A stretch of DNA of 64,000 bases from the NCBI GenBank assembly GCA_020137815.1, contig CM035351.1, forward strand, positions 2,852,001 to 2,916,000. Reading direction: 5' to 3'. Positions within the stretch are counted from its first letter, which is position 1, and every line of letters begins with the position of its first letter. Source of the stretch: Hormiphora californensis. Lineage: Eukaryota; Animalia; Ctenophora. Shown here piece by piece: positions 24,280 through 37,420 of the stretch. The position numbers and the translations under genes were made by a program. A model generated the notes under the pieces. That model made no database searches, was not told the origin of the DNA, and saw nothing but the letters and a program-made list of their open reading frames with translations.

Positions 24280-25461
24280 CTAGAAATCCATGGTTTGAGT
24301 TTCACTGCACAGCGAGGGTTGTGGATCTTGTACGGTCTGAGTCTCCATGTCCAGCCAACTACCACCATGATTCTCCCTTTCCTTTCTCACTTTAGTCTGT
24401 GTCTGAATACTGTTTGTATACCAGTTGGTCTGACAGTCCCTATCCGATGTTGGGCCTCCCTCCTGGTCCTTTCCAGCCGCGGTCTGAGATGCAAAACACA
24501 CCCTATCAACCCTCTCCTCAGTTTGCACCTCTCCGTCTAGATACTCCACAAAATCACAATCTGACAGGGAAAATGGATCATCTGGACAAAGGAGGGTCTG
24601 CGTGCCGAAGGAGCTGTGTTCTGTGACTGTTTGGGTACTGAATTCGTTCCAATAGTGCTGCTGTTGCTGTTGCCGTGTTGAGTTTGGAACTTCAAAGTGG
24701 TACCCCTCCTCTGGTCTCGTGTCACCCCAACCTCCCCACCCTGTAGGTACTGGTGGTGCAGTGTGAGGTGTAGGGGGAGCCGCTAAACGACGCCGTTTCT
24801 CCGGTAACAAATCATGTTGTTGCTGTTGGTGTTGTGATTCTCCCTGCTGGGCTGTTTGCGGAGGTGGCCTCGTTTCTATAAGAATCGTATTCCCAAGTTC
24901 TGAGTTATTACTAGTACTTGCTGCCATGTTCGCCTGCATTTGTTGTATCTCTTTCACTAGGCTGATAATAAGCCGGGCTCCCGCATCTGTTGGTGTAGAA
25001 GTGGCTGTGATGGTTTGGCGGTCTTGTGTGTGTTTCTCCTTGACATGTCGAGAAAGGGAGGAGTAACCACTAAACTTTCTCTCGCACTGGCCACACTGTA
25101 TTAACCCACTCGAACAGTCCCTATAGTGTCTCTTCCATGTTGTTCGAGATGAGAAGGTTTTGGTACAAACTGAGCAAGTGTAGGGTTGACCATCACGGTG
25201 CATACAATCATAGTGATTTCGAAGGAACTGAAATCTCGTCCAAACTTTGGTAAACTGATTACAATCAGGCACGGGACAAAGGAACTGTTTTGGGAAGTCA
25301 ACATTTTGGTGTGCCCGGCGGATGTGTGTCCGGAACTTTATGGCATCAGAAAGCACCTCTGTGCAGGGAGAGGGAGGCGTAGACGAGTAAAGATGGGGAT
25401 ATTTGGAGCAGGTCCAAACCCGGCACTCCAAATCGGACTGGTCAACTCGCAAAGCTGACAT
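24280..25461 (-). CDS. ATMIN: ATMIN/ASCIZ-like C2H2 zinc-finger protein with C-terminal TQT (LC8/DYNLL-binding-type) motifs; intronless CDS, ~393 aa
   Basis: N-terminal C2H2 fingers (CPVPDC...HYDCMH, CSVCTKTF...H, CGQCERKF...HVKEKH), then a disordered tail with STQT, GTQT, EVQT, ASQT, DCQT, IQTQT, METQT, SETQTMDF*. Start set at Met61 of the listed ORF, 2 nt after a TAG acceptor. Confidence 0.75.
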   Translation of the reverse strand: MSALRVDQSDLECRVWTCSKYPHLYSSTPPSPCTEVLSDAIKFRTHIRRAHQNVDFPKQFLCPVPDCNQFTKVWTRFQFLRNHYDCMHRDGQPYTCSVCTKTFSSRTTWKRHYRDCSSGLIQCGQCERKFSGYSSLSRHVKEKHTQDRQTITATSTPTDAGARLIISLVKEIQQMQANMAASTSNNSELGNTILIETRPPPQTAQQGESQHQQQQHDLLPEKRRRLAAPPTPHTAPPVPTGWGGWGDTRPEEGYHFEVPNSTRQQQQQHYWNEFSTQTVTEHSSFGTQTLLCPDDPFSLSDCDFVEYLDGEVQTEERVDRVCFASQTAAGKDQEGGPTSDRDCQTNWYTNSIQTQTKVRKERENHGGSWLDMETQTVQDPQPSLCSETQTMDF

Positions 25462-25712
25462 GACTATGACAACACAAGGGTGAGGGTGATCAGAGAAACA
25501 CAGATACCAAACTGAACAAAGAAGGGTTGTCAAAAGCAAAACATAGAAAGCTGTAGAATTGAAAAGGGGCGATCGATCAACAGAAATCCCTACACAATTG
25601 GCCGGAATTAAATGTACACTCACACACATACGAACATACAAAACACTCCACGCTGAAACGCATATTGAGCGATGTATGAACGCCTGCTATGTGCGCGTGA
25701 GTGCCTGTAACG

Positions 25713-25726
25713 GCGTGACGTCACGC
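25713..25726. promoter_or_regulatory. CRE palindrome GCGTGACGTCACGC in the putative promoter upstream of ATMIN
   Basis: 14-bp perfect palindrome containing TGACGTCA in a CpG-rich patch ~250 bp upstream of the ATMIN acceptor. Confidence 0.4.
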
Positions 25727-28201
25727 GCATACTGACACAGAGAGAGATTCTTTATTTAGCCATTCCCTGTGTGCTGCCCTCCCATTATGCGTTGGTTTTG
25801 GATCTCCTCAACATCTCTTCAACCCATCCCTACAACCCATCTTTTCCATCATAATATTACTGTTTCTGCATGAGTGTGTATTCAGATATTATATGTGTGT
25901 GAGAATGTTTAGCTCCGTCTATATTTTCAATGTGTGTGCAGCATTTTCGATTTCCACCAATATTCTTTCAATTCTTCTTTTTCGCTCCTCTCTAGAAGAT
26001 CCAAAACCAACGCGAGGGTAAATACACACAGGGTCGGGAGAAAAAACACAAATTCTAAAAAAGAAGACTACAAGACCGGTAAGTGGTGTACTCGTTTTGT
26101 CTATCTGATCACCTTTCTGCTAATTCAACGATCCGGAATCCGCGTGGAGAGAGAGAGATGTAATCTGTGTTCAGTAAAACTGCATTATCGCCTGTTTTGT
26201 CCTGATCTCTAAAAACCAACACCATCCCAACACCGCTCATCCAGAAATGATTCTTCACAGTTTCAGCCGTGGGATGGTAATGGTTATGGGATGTGTGTAG
26301 TGGAGGCTCTTGCGGTGTTTTCCGCGCCGTGGGGGCTTCTGCTTGTGTCGTTGCTGGTAACTTCCACCTCTCACATAACAAGTCCGATTCAGTCCACCTC
26401 CGCGTGGTCCATCCTGGTAACGTCAATCTGTTAAGGGAGAGAGAGAGTGGGTGAGCGAGTTAGAGAGAGTTCTGAGAGAGTGACGGCTAAATGACTACGG
26501 ACGTCCAGACAACTTCTGGATTCTGACTCACGTCAACCCCGCTATATACAGCAACCCCTGAGGGCTCTGCCCGTCGACCCGGCTGCTGTCGCCTGCAAAA
26601 CAGCTCTCTTGCCCATGGCTGTCTTTATGACAGGGCAGAGATAAACCCAGTAATAACCAAGTAGGGGCTGGTCGCCCCTGGGGAACCCCTGCCCAAATTT
26701 GCACCTAAAAACCTCTGCCTATTTAACCCCCACACCCTATTTGTTCCAAAAAACAGATCTAGACACAAAATAACTTACCCTACCACTACTTCAAACGTAA
26801 CGAGCGAAAACGCCATGGTGAACAAAGTCCGACCCAGGCCGAACAAACTGTGCGCACAGTTCCAAGCCCAAGTTCTAGACTCCTCAGACACACCCTACCC
26901 CCCCCCCCCCCTAATCCCAAGCTCCGCACATGCGTGATCTCCACACCTACAACAAATCACCGAGCCTCAGACACGCACACCCCAAAACAAGGCAAGTGAC
27001 AAACCTACAAATCTGAAAGACCCTTTAGTAGTCAGGGAAAAGCCCATTACAGTTTGGGACACTTAAACAATGGTACCCTTATTCAAATAGCAGACACGCT
27101 TACACTGAGACCCCTCGCATTAATTACGCGAAGCCTTGAGTGAACTGATACTGGTCAAATGCACTCAGGGACAACCATAGACGTTGTTTTACAGCAACTA
27201 ATCTATAACCTGGCCACCCGGCGATGGCAACATCGCCTGACCGGACCCTTGGGTCGTACTTGTGAATACATTACTAGCTAGCTTAGACTACAAGACCCTT
27301 GGTGTAAAGATAAGCATTTAATCCCTTGATAGGTAATCAATGATATCCGGCAAATCACCTACTTCCACAGTTGTCGTGACAGTGGTAACCAAAGACCAAC
27401 CAATTGGACGGTAAGTCCCATCACATGTCTGCGGGGAAAGATTTCTCCGTGCCAAATCCGACACAGACTCGCATGCTCCTTTTGCGGTACCATAAAGAGA
27501 CTGCTGGGAAACCAGTGGAATCTAAGTGGAATCATACCGACAGTGACCCTGCGTGTGGGGGTCATCTGGCAAGGAGTGAGGTCAGTAACGGGCCGGCTGA
27601 GGGGTCATCAATAACCTCAGCATGGGGTGGAACGACGGGAGGTACTGAACACACACACACACACACAGTTTCAGCCGTGACTCCATCACGTCCTATTATA
27701 TCCCTCCTATATCACACTGTATTATCTGGGGCCCTGATTCCGCTCCCTAAATACACAGCACGTGAAGCATGTAGATTCAGCATGTCAATCCCTAAACAAT
27801 AACCCTCCCGATAATCTAAGTTTGCTATCTGCTAATAGTTGAGAGCTGCTGCTACGTGTATTTCCAATAATAAAAACAGCCGGTTTACATCTCGTTTACC
27901 AGTTTTTCGCCAACTTTTTGTGGCCCGTTTTCTTGTTTCAAGCACGGAATGAGCCCACCAGCGTCTCCTATCAACTAATGCCTGCTGTAGATATCAGAAT
28001 ATGCCGGTAATATGCCCAATTAGGGCCATTTACACCCGGAACCAACTCCTGCCTTCTTTGTCCGTTCCTTTGTTCGTCCGCCCAACACACACAGAAAACA
28101 GTGAATTAGCTTAGCTAGCAGCATCCGACCTATTATTCCATGTAAGGAATAAATGGCAACCCCGTGACTCTGCCGCGCTGCCCAAATATGGCATAAACTG
28201 T

Positions 28202-28321
28202 GTCACGTGCACGCTGCATCTGAGTCACGTGACTGTAGGTAGCCAATAGCATTGCTGCCAGGGAGCTGAGAGAGCTGGAGTAATGTTTACACTCTCAACT
28301 GCAGCGTGCCTCTATATATAT
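28202..28321 (+). promoter_or_regulatory. Putative promoter of the 4-TM genes: two E-boxes incl. GTCACGTGAC, CCAAT, TATA-like
   Basis: GTCACGTG at 28202, GTCACGTGAC at 28224-28233, CCAAT at 28243, TATATATA at 28313. Confidence 0.4.
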
Positions 28322-28669
28322 TGCCTCTCTGTATCTGTATGTGGTGAAGAAAGGGAGATCTCTCCACTTTGGATCTATTGAATCTGAGATATTACTTGCA
28401 CATGAAATATACATATACCAAGCCACCTGTTAGCATTGTCAGTTATACACAGAAGAAAGAAATATAAAAACTGTTTGTCATCCCTTCCTACTGCACATTC
28501 CCTTACCCCTTTTTTGAGAACGCAGATATCGGGTTTTTCTACAATTACCGGGTCCGGGTTTATGGCCCAAAGTGAGATGTTTTTTATCACTGGAAACTGG
28601 TTACAATAACGATGTATTATTATTACTCCCCCACCCCTAAAAACTAACCCCATAATTCCAATGTAGGAT

Positions 28670-29443
28670 ATGTTGGAGAAACGAGACAGAAAATACTACA
28701 AGCAGCTGGCAGTATGCTTCCTGGCCATGTCTGTACCACTATTAGCTGGTGCCTTTGTGGCTGGCATATCTGCTGAATGGCACACCGCGACATTTCACCT
28801 CCTGGTCCCTTACTGGGCTGCATTCCCCTTCATCGCCATGGGTGGGTGCCTCTGGATGGCTGCCAGGACAGGTAAAAGGTGGCCTCTTGGTGTGTGGATC
28901 CCATTTTTCTTCCTCTCCCTGGGGGCCATTACCTTCTATCTTATCTACATGAACTATGAGAAAGCGTACCTTCTGGATCGGTTCCCGTGTTATGTTCAAA
29001 CCAACTACTACCAAGACAAGACAAGGTGTATGTGTACGGGACAGGATTATGATACGGGCTACCTGATTGTGTCTGGACCGTCCACTATTGATAGATGTGT
29101 CCGGGCCCTAAATATAGCAGCTATTGCCGCTAATATCTCCTATGCTATCATGTGTTTTGCAGTTGTCCCTCTCTTCCTGTCCTTTATTCTGGTGTGCAAT
29201 GATTTGTGTTGTATCAGCTGCAGGAGGGCTAGTAGCATGCCCCAGGTTATTGTCACTGGTGGACAGCCCGGGGTACCCCAACAAGCCATTGCGGTCCAGA
29301 GGCAGGTGATCACATACAGGACAGACGAGCAGCCTGGTAGTAGCAGTGGGGTCGCACCGGCAGCAGCGGGGCCACTACCAAAGAAACAACAACTTCTACA
29401 AGCTCAACAACCACCTGCTGGGCAGGTCCCTCATTCTTTCTAA
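28670..29443 (+). CDS. Four-transmembrane protein, CD20/MS4A/sarcospan-like topology; paralogue 1
   Basis: 257-aa intronless ORF with four hydrophobic segments, PYW before TM2, a Cys-containing large second loop (C..CxC..C), a juxtamembrane CNDLCCISC cluster and a Q/P-rich tail. AATAAA at ~29471. Confidence 0.8.
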   Translation: MLEKRDRKYYKQLAVCFLAMSVPLLAGAFVAGISAEWHTATFHLLVPYWAAFPFIAMGGCLWMAARTGKRWPLGVWIPFFFLSLGAITFYLIYMNYEKAYLLDRFPCYVQTNYYQDKTRCMCTGQDYDTGYLIVSGPSTIDRCVRALNIAAIAANISYAIMCFAVVPLFLSFILVCNDLCCISCRRASSMPQVIVTGGQPGVPQQAIAVQRQVITYRTDEQPGSSSGVAPAAAGPLPKKQQLLQAQQPPAGQVPHSF

Positions 29444-29777
29444 AAACACTCAGATTTTAGCCCAAGAACTAATAAAAACTCTGCGATTTTCATGATATTT
29501 TTTCTACCCAACAATGCTATTGAACACTCCGAGGGGATGCCGTTTCGTTATTCTTCACGTGTGTGTGTTTGTCTGTGTGTACACTTGCTGCTGCACTGTG
29601 TGTAGTGAGATTTTCTTTATAACAATTTGTCATTGTAAGCACTCTCTGTTGTTGTGTGCCGCGCACATACTTTCTAAACACCCATCGTGTCAGTCCTATT
29701 TCTACTTCCTTCACCCGACACTTCTCTCTGTTTTCTCTAGTTGTAAACCTTGTCTCCCTCTTTCTAGCACTGCCGTT

Positions 29778-30480
29778 ATGATCGACAAACAGGACCGGAA
29801 ACACTACTTCCGACTTGGTGTGTCCTACACCGTTATTGGAGCCGTGTTCCTGCTTTGCGGTTTTGTTGGTGGAGTATCGGCTGAGTGGCATGGGAATCTT
29901 GTACATATTCTGTTACCATGGTACCTCGTCTTCCCGGCTATCGGTATGGCTGGCTGTATGTTCGGGGCCCACTACACAGGGAAAAGGATGGCCCCTGGGG
30001 ATTTGGATTCCATTTTTCTTGGTTCATATCGTTGTTTTGTTCTGGCAACTTGCCTGTATGTGGTACAACGGAATGGAGTTATACATTAAATACCCCTGTT
30101 ACACACAGACCTAACAGGTTGACCGGTGAAGACCGGTGTATCTGTGTTAATGATGCTGATAATTACATGACGATGGGTGGAAAAACAACGATCGATCCTT
30201 GTGTTCGGGTTCTAACCTTTATCAACGTGCTAGCCCAGATATCTTATTGCACCATGGTCATCTCTCTGATCCCTATCTTTATCTCCTTCATTCTGGTGTG
30301 TAATGATTTGTGTTGTGTGCAGCTGTAGGAGGGCTAACAGTATGCCCCAGGTTCTGGTTACACAGGGTGGGGTAACACAGACCGTCGGTTCTACAAAGTG
30401 ATGCCCCTGGACCAAGTGTGGCTGTTATGGTACAGCAGGATGCCGGTCCTCTACCGACCAAGCAGCCTCATGCCTACTGA
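29778..30480 (+). CDS. Four-transmembrane protein, tandem paralogue 2, interrupted by four single-base insertions (probable assembly artefact; pseudogene not excluded)
   Basis: Stitching frames gives MIDKQDRKHY...SAEWH...TGKR|WPLGIWIPFF...YPCYTQT|NRLTGEDRCIC...SFILVCNDLCCV|SCRRANSMPQVLVT...AGPLPTKQPHAY*, colinear with paralogue 1 and without in-frame stops. Confidence 0.75.
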
Positions 30481-31093
30481 ACTGTGGTTTCTTGACCGTG
30501 CTATGATTCTTCTCTATTTCAAAGGACACACATTCAACAATCATACTATTATTAAAGCAAATAGGGAAATCCAGTGTAACGTTTTTTACCTTATATGGCA
30601 TTTAGCACGTGCAGGTTTAGAGCCTAGAGGTGAACTGTGGAGTACTATTGGAGTGGGGCCAGGAGTCGGAGCCGTTGCCAATGGCATGGTTGCTACTGTT
30701 ATACTGCACGTGCACGTGCATTTGATCTTGCTTTAGTCTGTTTCACTGTTCCAGCTAATTATATGCTCTCTCAGCGACAATTGGAGTTATTCACGCAAGA
30801 TCTCACCGCTATTCTCTACTTTTCCATACACTGAGGGGTTCAAATGCAGCATCACCAAAAGAAGTGCAGAGAGAACGAACAAGACGTTAGAGGTTAAACA
30901 GAACCGATGATCAATCTCAGAGATTAAGGCAGATGAATACTGCAAGCAGACGAAATAGTAAGTTCTTTTATAACTTTGATCGCCGGATCATCATTTGACG
31001 TTCTGAAACCAGAAACTCGCAGCGATCCCGCCTGAGCTCCTTCTAAGGTACCGTTACTTAAGATGGGATAGTGCATGTCATTAGTTAGACTGA

Positions 31094-31169
31094 TGATGTC
31101 AGTGTTCCCTATTCCAGCTACCAATACCATTTCCCCGAAATTCGCCCGTAGGGCGAACGGGTTTACTAG
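31094..31169 (+). mobile_element. Helitron-like 3' end
   Basis: Hairpin TTCGCCCGTAGGGCGAA followed by CTAG|T; homologous to 42506-42575. Confidence 0.6.
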
Positions 31170-31394
31170 TGTTAGTTAATTTAGAAACATTGAACAATAT
31201 TAGTAATTGATTTTAGGTTTCTTTTTATACCTCTTATTACTTGTGTGTAGAGTCGTTTTTTGATGGTCAGAACGAAGAATTGTTATTTTATACTCCGTTT
31301 ACTTGTATGATCAATTGAACCCCTGACATCTTCATTTATTAACGTTCATTGAATTATTTAATTCTTCCCTAATCCGATCTCATTCTCAATAGCA

Positions 31395-33745
<2,351 letters not shown>

Positions 33746-33874
33746 TGTGTGTGAGGGAGACAAGGTTTTCAGAGTTTGTGTAAGAGTTGTTTAGTTTGTA
33801 CCCGGCCATTCTTTGCTGAAGAAGGCCTGGTACAATTACATGCTCCACAAATCGGGGACAAATCGAAGTTGACC

Positions 33875-34069
33875 GGGGGGTGGTCATGTTAATTTGTGTA
33901 ACAATGGGACTTTTTTTGAATCATTAACATCGATTAACAAAATAGGAAAATCTATAGAAAGCGGCCTGAGCTAGAAGCTCAAATAGGCCATTTGTTAATC
34001 GATGTTAATGATGTGTAACAATACAAACTTTTTCGATGTTAATTAACAAAATTAACATGACCACCCCCC
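33875..34069. mobile_element. MITE with G-run termini
   Basis: TIR GGGGGGTGGTCATGTTAATTT/AAATTAACATGACCACCCCCC; exact 8-bp TSD AGTTGACC. Confidence 0.85.
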
Positions 34070-34811
34070 AGTTGACCTTGTAATTATGTTTGACCAGACG
34101 ATGGAATCCTTTGCCCTATATAACAATTGTACTTACAGCTCAGTGTGGGTTCTTTTAATGTTTTATAATCATTTCTGTATTTCAAACTTGACAAAGTATG
34201 ACTCTTTCCGAATAGAAAAAGGAACTCTTGGTCGGGTGCCGGTGGTTGTGTGTGACGCGCTGACCGTTCAATAAATACTCGCCTTTTTAGAGCCGCGCAT
34301 AAAGATGGGGCAGGCGCGCGCTGCAGTGGCAATTGCAATTTTAATTGCGAGCTTTTGATTTTTTTTCGGCGGAAAAAAGTCAAAAGCGACCCGTAAAAAA
34401 GGCCACATGCTACCCACTTAAAGGGTGTTGTATCACCCTGCAGAGGATATGCCAAGCTACCCACGGATATCATACTGTGGAGTCACCTGTTCTGGTCCTC
34501 TCACAATATCAAGCATAAAGATTACGTGTCGGGTGCACCACCACTCACCAGACAAGCTGTATGGCGGCGCCATACTCCATTTGATTCTCAAATTGAGCGT
34601 GACAGTGCGCTCAGATAAGGTCGCGGCGCCAGACAGTAGACAAGAAATTGCTGAGTCCCCTGCTAGTGACTAGTGTTCCGGGTCGCTGTCTCAATCGCAT
34701 GATGCGGTTAGTTGCCTGTGGTCTGTGTGTCATCTAAATTTTGCAAGCATTGACGTAACGTGAGACCCTTACCTAGACATCCTGTCAGGCCAATGCTCTG
34801 ACCACAGTTCT

Positions 34812-34847
<36 letters not shown>

Positions 34848-35144
34848 GAGAATGGGTCAGGCCAATGCTCTGACAGTAGACATCTGTCCCTCACAGAGTT
34901 AGTACTGTTAGTGCAGCTGTTCCTGCGAGGGACAGTGTAGTATAGCCTATTTTTTGCCGTAACCTCTCCGTAGCCATAGACTAATAAAAGCGTTTTATCT
35001 AATGCTACACTACGTATGTACAACATCAAATCCGAATAGGACCAACCTTGCACTATTCATCTTCACTGCAACTCTCCGTCGACCCTTTCTATCCGCATCA
35101 TACCCTCTGGCCTCTCTCAATCACTAGGAGACATTCTTCCCCTT

Positions 35145-35280
<136 letters not shown>

Positions 35281-35432
35281 CGACCGTCAATTTTATAAAC
35301 TCTGTTTACGAGGGATATTATTCCTTTTATAGACAAATGATCACGAACATTGAACAATATGTCATTACTCACGTACATTTTCATATTGTTATGATATGAA
35401 GTAATAACAGGCCGTTACACTTTGAATTTCTT

Positions 35433-35916
35433 GGGTACCGGACAAAAACTCGAATGGACGATAACTCGAACTCGAACTCGAAAATTTCGGACTATAACTC
35501 ACATTTTGAAAATCTCGAATCTAGGTGAGTTATAGTCCGGATCTGGTGACTTTTTGTCCGCCCCACTTCTTAGGGTGAGTTAGAGTCCAAAAGGACATTA
35601 ACTCACCTCTCATGGGAACTCGAGATTGCGGCCGATAGGCCGGAAACGAGAGTTCACTGGTTTATATTCCCTTAGTAGTGTTAGGACTATTGTTTGGGTT
35701 CGAGGTTAGGGCTGTATTAGGGTTGGGTTGGGTTTTACGGTAAAAACCAGGTGAGTTTCAATTTCGACATTTTGTCCTAGCTATCGACTTTTTGTCCTAG
35801 CAAAAAGTCGAAAATAAAGCGGACAGAAAGTCACCAAAAAATAAAAAGTCGACGCCAATTTTCGGACAATAACTCACTTTCGAGTTACAGTCCAGGTGAG
35901 TTAGAGTCCTAGAGCC
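35433..35916. mobile_element. Non-autonomous element with GGACWATAACTC/GAGTTAKAGTCC repeats and internal GGTTAGGG-like tract
   Basis: Repeated inverted ~12-mers, termini GGTACCGGAC...GTCCTAGAGCC, imperfect flanking repeat GAATTTCTT/GAATTCTT. Confidence 0.5.
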
Positions 35917-36149
35917 GAATTCTTCGTATTTCTGTATTTTGGAAACAGATGACAGATGCTTATTGTTCATGGAGCTGCTAATTCCTTTCTGCACTCACTC
36001 TAAGTCTGTAATAATTGATTTTTAGTTTGGGTATCACCGCATTGAGTTGAACCCTGTATCATGCAGGTAGCTATTTGTTTATTTAGCCGTCTTTTCCTCT
36101 TTCGAAAGAGAGAAGCATATAATATGATATAATAAACAAAACAGTAGTA

Positions 36150-36358
36150 TAGTCGGATTTTTTAATCAAGGGACCTTATTTCAAACGTGCATATCTCCGG
36201 TTCCTGATGAGATAGAGACTTGAAATTTGGAGGTTGGGAAGATCATGCCAAGTTCTTCATAACCTCCAAATTTCAAGTCTTATCAGGAACCGGAGATATG
36301 CGCGTTTGAAATAACGTCAAAAAGACCCCCCCTGTCCCTTGATTAAAAAATTCGACTA
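36150..36358. mobile_element. Palindromic MITE, TAGTCGGATTTT termini, TA-flanked
   Basis: TIR TAGTCGGATTTTTTAATCAAGGGAC/GTCCCTTGATTAAAAAATTCGACTA plus the shared hairpin core. Confidence 0.7.
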
Positions 36359-36599
36359 TATTAGAAAGCTTTCTAATTTCAAATTCTTTTTGAGAAGGAA
36401 CAAGATTTTTTTCCTTTATCAGTAGATTCTCACTTTCTCAGATCTCATTCATCACTTTTTGAGAAGCATGTAACTCCTTGTTGTGTTCTAACCCTACAAC
36501 AGAGCGATGACAGAGAGGGTTGAGCAAGGCACTGAGTAGAACTAGAGATTTACTCGATTTATGTACCTACACACATATATATATATATCATTTACATCT

Positions 36600-37420
36600 T
36601 AGTCAGGACCACTATTGGTGCGCGGTCGTGCCCACGGAAGGAGTGCTTGGATCATCTTGAAACCTGTTTTAAGTTAACTAATGCATATCCAAAAGTGTCT
36701 GTAGCTATTTGGGTGATGTTCTGACAATCCAATCACGAGTTATGATAAAAAAACAGCCAAAAAAGACGTTTTAAAGTAACAAAAAGGAGGACCTGAACAC
36801 AGCCCTGATATGAAGGGTTGGGGCTATGAAACTTCTTGAGTGGACAGAGAATCGTCCAAATTTGCAGTGTCAACTTTGGAATTGTTTCTATCTTTTGTAG
36901 TTATCTAATTAGAGCCGTTTAAACATGTGAGAAGATGCTGTAGGGGCCTCTAATACTGTGTATTCTTGCTTGTGAAGTGATCACTTGACGAGATTTACCC
37001 AATTAGAGAGCAGATTAAAGCATACAAGCGGTGAGAGCAAGCAATATGGGTCGGAAACAGTACCAAATTACCCTGTTTTGCAGATCGTCTCACATGTTTA
37101 AACGGCTCTAATTAGATAACTACAAAAGATAGAAACAATTCCAAAGTTGACACTGCAAATTTGGACGATTCTCTGTCCACTCAAGAAGTTTCATAGCCCC
37201 AACCCTTCATATAAGGGCTGTGTTCAGGTCCTCCTTTTTGTCACTTTAAAACGTCTTTTTTGACTGTTTTTTGGTCATAACTCGTGATTGGATTATCAGA
37301 ACATCACCCAAATAGCTACAGACACTTTTGGATATGCATTGGTTAACTTAAAACCGGTTTCAAGATGATCCAAGCACTCCTTCCGTGGGCACGACCGCGC
37401 ACCAATAGTGATCCTGACTA
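36600..37420. mobile_element. Long-TIR non-autonomous DNA transposon, Academ-like
   Basis: ~335-bp near-perfect TIRs, termini TAGTCAGGA...TCCTGACTA, 3-bp TSD TCT. TAG..CTA ends with a 3-4-bp TSD fit Academ. Confidence 0.8.

Noticed and set aside
35695-35735. Interstitial telomere or telomerase template (GGTTAGGG-like, also ~41920-41960)
   Set aside because: Short degenerate tracts inside a dispersed repeat, not a TTAGGG array or a structured RNA.
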